Part shown: positions 62,561 through 64,000 of the stretch, piece by piece | Numbering within the stretch: the stretch's first letter is position 1 | Layout: every line of letters begins with the position of its first letter | Assembly: GCA_044892525.1 (NCBI GenBank) | Contig: CM097885.1 | Location: forward strand, 236,036,001-236,100,000 | Origin: Schmidtea polychroa | Lineage: Eukaryota | Reading direction: 5' to 3' | DNA: 64,000 nt | The notes under the pieces: model-generated | Databases searched by the model: none | Seen by the model: the letters and a program-made list of their open reading frames with translations, nothing else | Told to the model about the DNA's origin: nothing | Translations under genes and position numbers: made by a program

Positions 62561-62677
62561 GGTTTAAAAATGATAACTAAACCGAAAACATTTTGTTATA
62601 AATAATCATCAACCAATTAGATTTCGACCAATCAGAATCATGCATTTCAATTGCATTGAATTTGCAAGGATAAATAA

Positions 62678-63141
62678 TTAATTAAGTGATAATAAAAAAT
62701 CTAAAAATTCTTTTTCTTCAATTATTGATTTAATTTCAGATATGATATTATCAACTATACATTTGTAATCAATATTTTTTATTCCAAGAATTACTATCTT
62801 ACCGCTAGCGAATATATTTACACACATAGGGTTATATTTTATATATCTCAAAGCTGGAAATAATTCCGGTTCGTAAAAGCATGGTATTAATTTAGCCAAT
62901 TCATTTAAATTACAAGAAAAACCTATATCGGAAGTTACGGTTATCGATTGTATTTCTAAATCATAAACATTATATTCACTAGCTTTGATTATTTCCTTAC
63001 ACCCCATAATTCTACATTTACCAGTTTTGAAATATATTATTGTATATTTTTTACTTCTATTGACGAGTTGTTGTGCTTCCCCATTGGAAATACCATTTTT
63101 GATACATCAGCTTTTGCCCTGTAATTTATATTTGAAAGCAT
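62678..63141 (-). CDS. TATA-box-binding protein (TBP)-like protein with two saddle repeats (one apparent 1-bp frameshift near 63075)
   Basis: Repeat 2: IQSITVTSDIGFSCNLNELA..YEPELFPALRY..P.CVNIFASGKIVILGIK (cf. TBP YEPELFPGLIY..IFVSGKVVLTGAK). Repeat 1: MLSNINYRAK..QQLV..YTIIYFKTGKCRIMGCK (cf. TALIFSSGKMVCTGAK). Confidence 0.85.
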
Positions 63142-63246
63142 TTTAATGAAATAATTATAAAAACTCTGTTATATATAGTTATTTTAAAAAGGAGTTCATT
63201 TAAATTATCAATATAAACAATAATTATATAGTTTAAATTAATTAAA

Positions 63247-63851
63247 ATGGAATTACGAAATGATGCAGTATACCAAATCGTTGGTCCAAGTGGTAGCGGA
63301 AAAACATTATTTGTTTGTAAATTACTAAAATCAAATTTGTTCAAAACAAAATTCAACAATATTTATTGGCATAGGGGCGCCGATGAAGAACATGGATTGA
63401 CGCAATCAAGTTTCTGTCAATTGAAAAACATGAAAATAGTAAAGGGTTTTGATAAAAACTGGTCAAGTCGTTTGAAGAAAGGTGATGTCATCATTATCGA
63501 TGATTTGTATCAAGAAGCCAATAAAGAAAAGGATTTTAATAATTTATTCACAAAAATCAGCAGACATGTTGGTGTAACAGTTATTTTCATAACACAAAAT
63601 CTATTTCATCAAGGTGGTGCACATCGAACACGTAATTTAAATGTACAATATTTAGTTATTTTCTTGGACGACAAGCATACCCTAATAACCGTAATTTTCT
63701 TATCAATGCATTTCAAGATGCTACGAAAATACCTCATGGGTATATATTTCTCGATTTCACACAACAATGTCCCGATGATTTACCAGTAAAAACAGATATT
63801 TTCAACCCAAAAGGTGCCATGGTTTATAAACAAAGTTCAAAACAAATTTGA
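63247..63851 (+). pseudogene. FtsK/A32-like genome-packaging ATPase, frameshifted by a 34-bp deletion
   Basis: Walker A GPSGSGKT, Walker B IIIDDL, SRH, ITQNLF. Lacks aagaatcc...gattttc, which is present in the minus-strand copy. Confidence 0.93.
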
Positions 63852-64000
63852 AAACACGTAAATCAAAAACAAAGATATCGAGTAAAAAACAACCAAAAGT
63901 TCCACCAACAACTAGTTATACTCCATCTAAAGAACTTATTACAGAAAATTTTCCTGCAATGAATCTTATTTCGAAAAATTCTAAACCTAAACCTAAAAGT

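Larger units (their letters stand above)
59539..64000. mobile_element. Rearranged Polinton/Maverick element (left terminus at 59539; continues past the window)
   Basis: Starts AGTAGGGTAACGTGTGAACCCGGGAACAA, then a C-run/G-run and tandem subterminal repeats. Contains Polinton integrase, packaging ATPase and Q-x-G-G-F protein genes. Confidence 0.88.

Overview
Very AT-rich eukaryotic (animal) genomic DNA with tiny 41-51 nt GT-AG introns and long (AAT)n tracts, which is compatible with a flatworm such as a planarian (inference only). The window is dominated by Polinton/Maverick (adintovirus-like) material in three forms. (1) A non-coding fold-back element: 1-3667 is mirrored almost perfectly at 5712-9380, a pair of older Polinton-type termini lies at the centre (3972-4270), and there is an AGTAG-type end at 12426. 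(2) A decayed core module at 13516-16930: integrase, minor capsid, core-like protein, major capsid, adenain-like protease and the pPolB C-terminus. (3) A second element starting at 59539 that carries an integrase 5' half, a Q-x-G-G-F virion protein, an inverted-duplicated packaging ATPase, small intron-containing genes and a two-repeat TATA-binding-protein (TBP)-like gene. Between them are Gypsy, hAT, Tc1/pogo and Penelope elements and MITEs, exons of a GST-theta gene, a CAP-Gly domain gene, a coiled-coil host gene and an Hsp70 fragment. All calls come from motif recognition by eye; no database searches were run.
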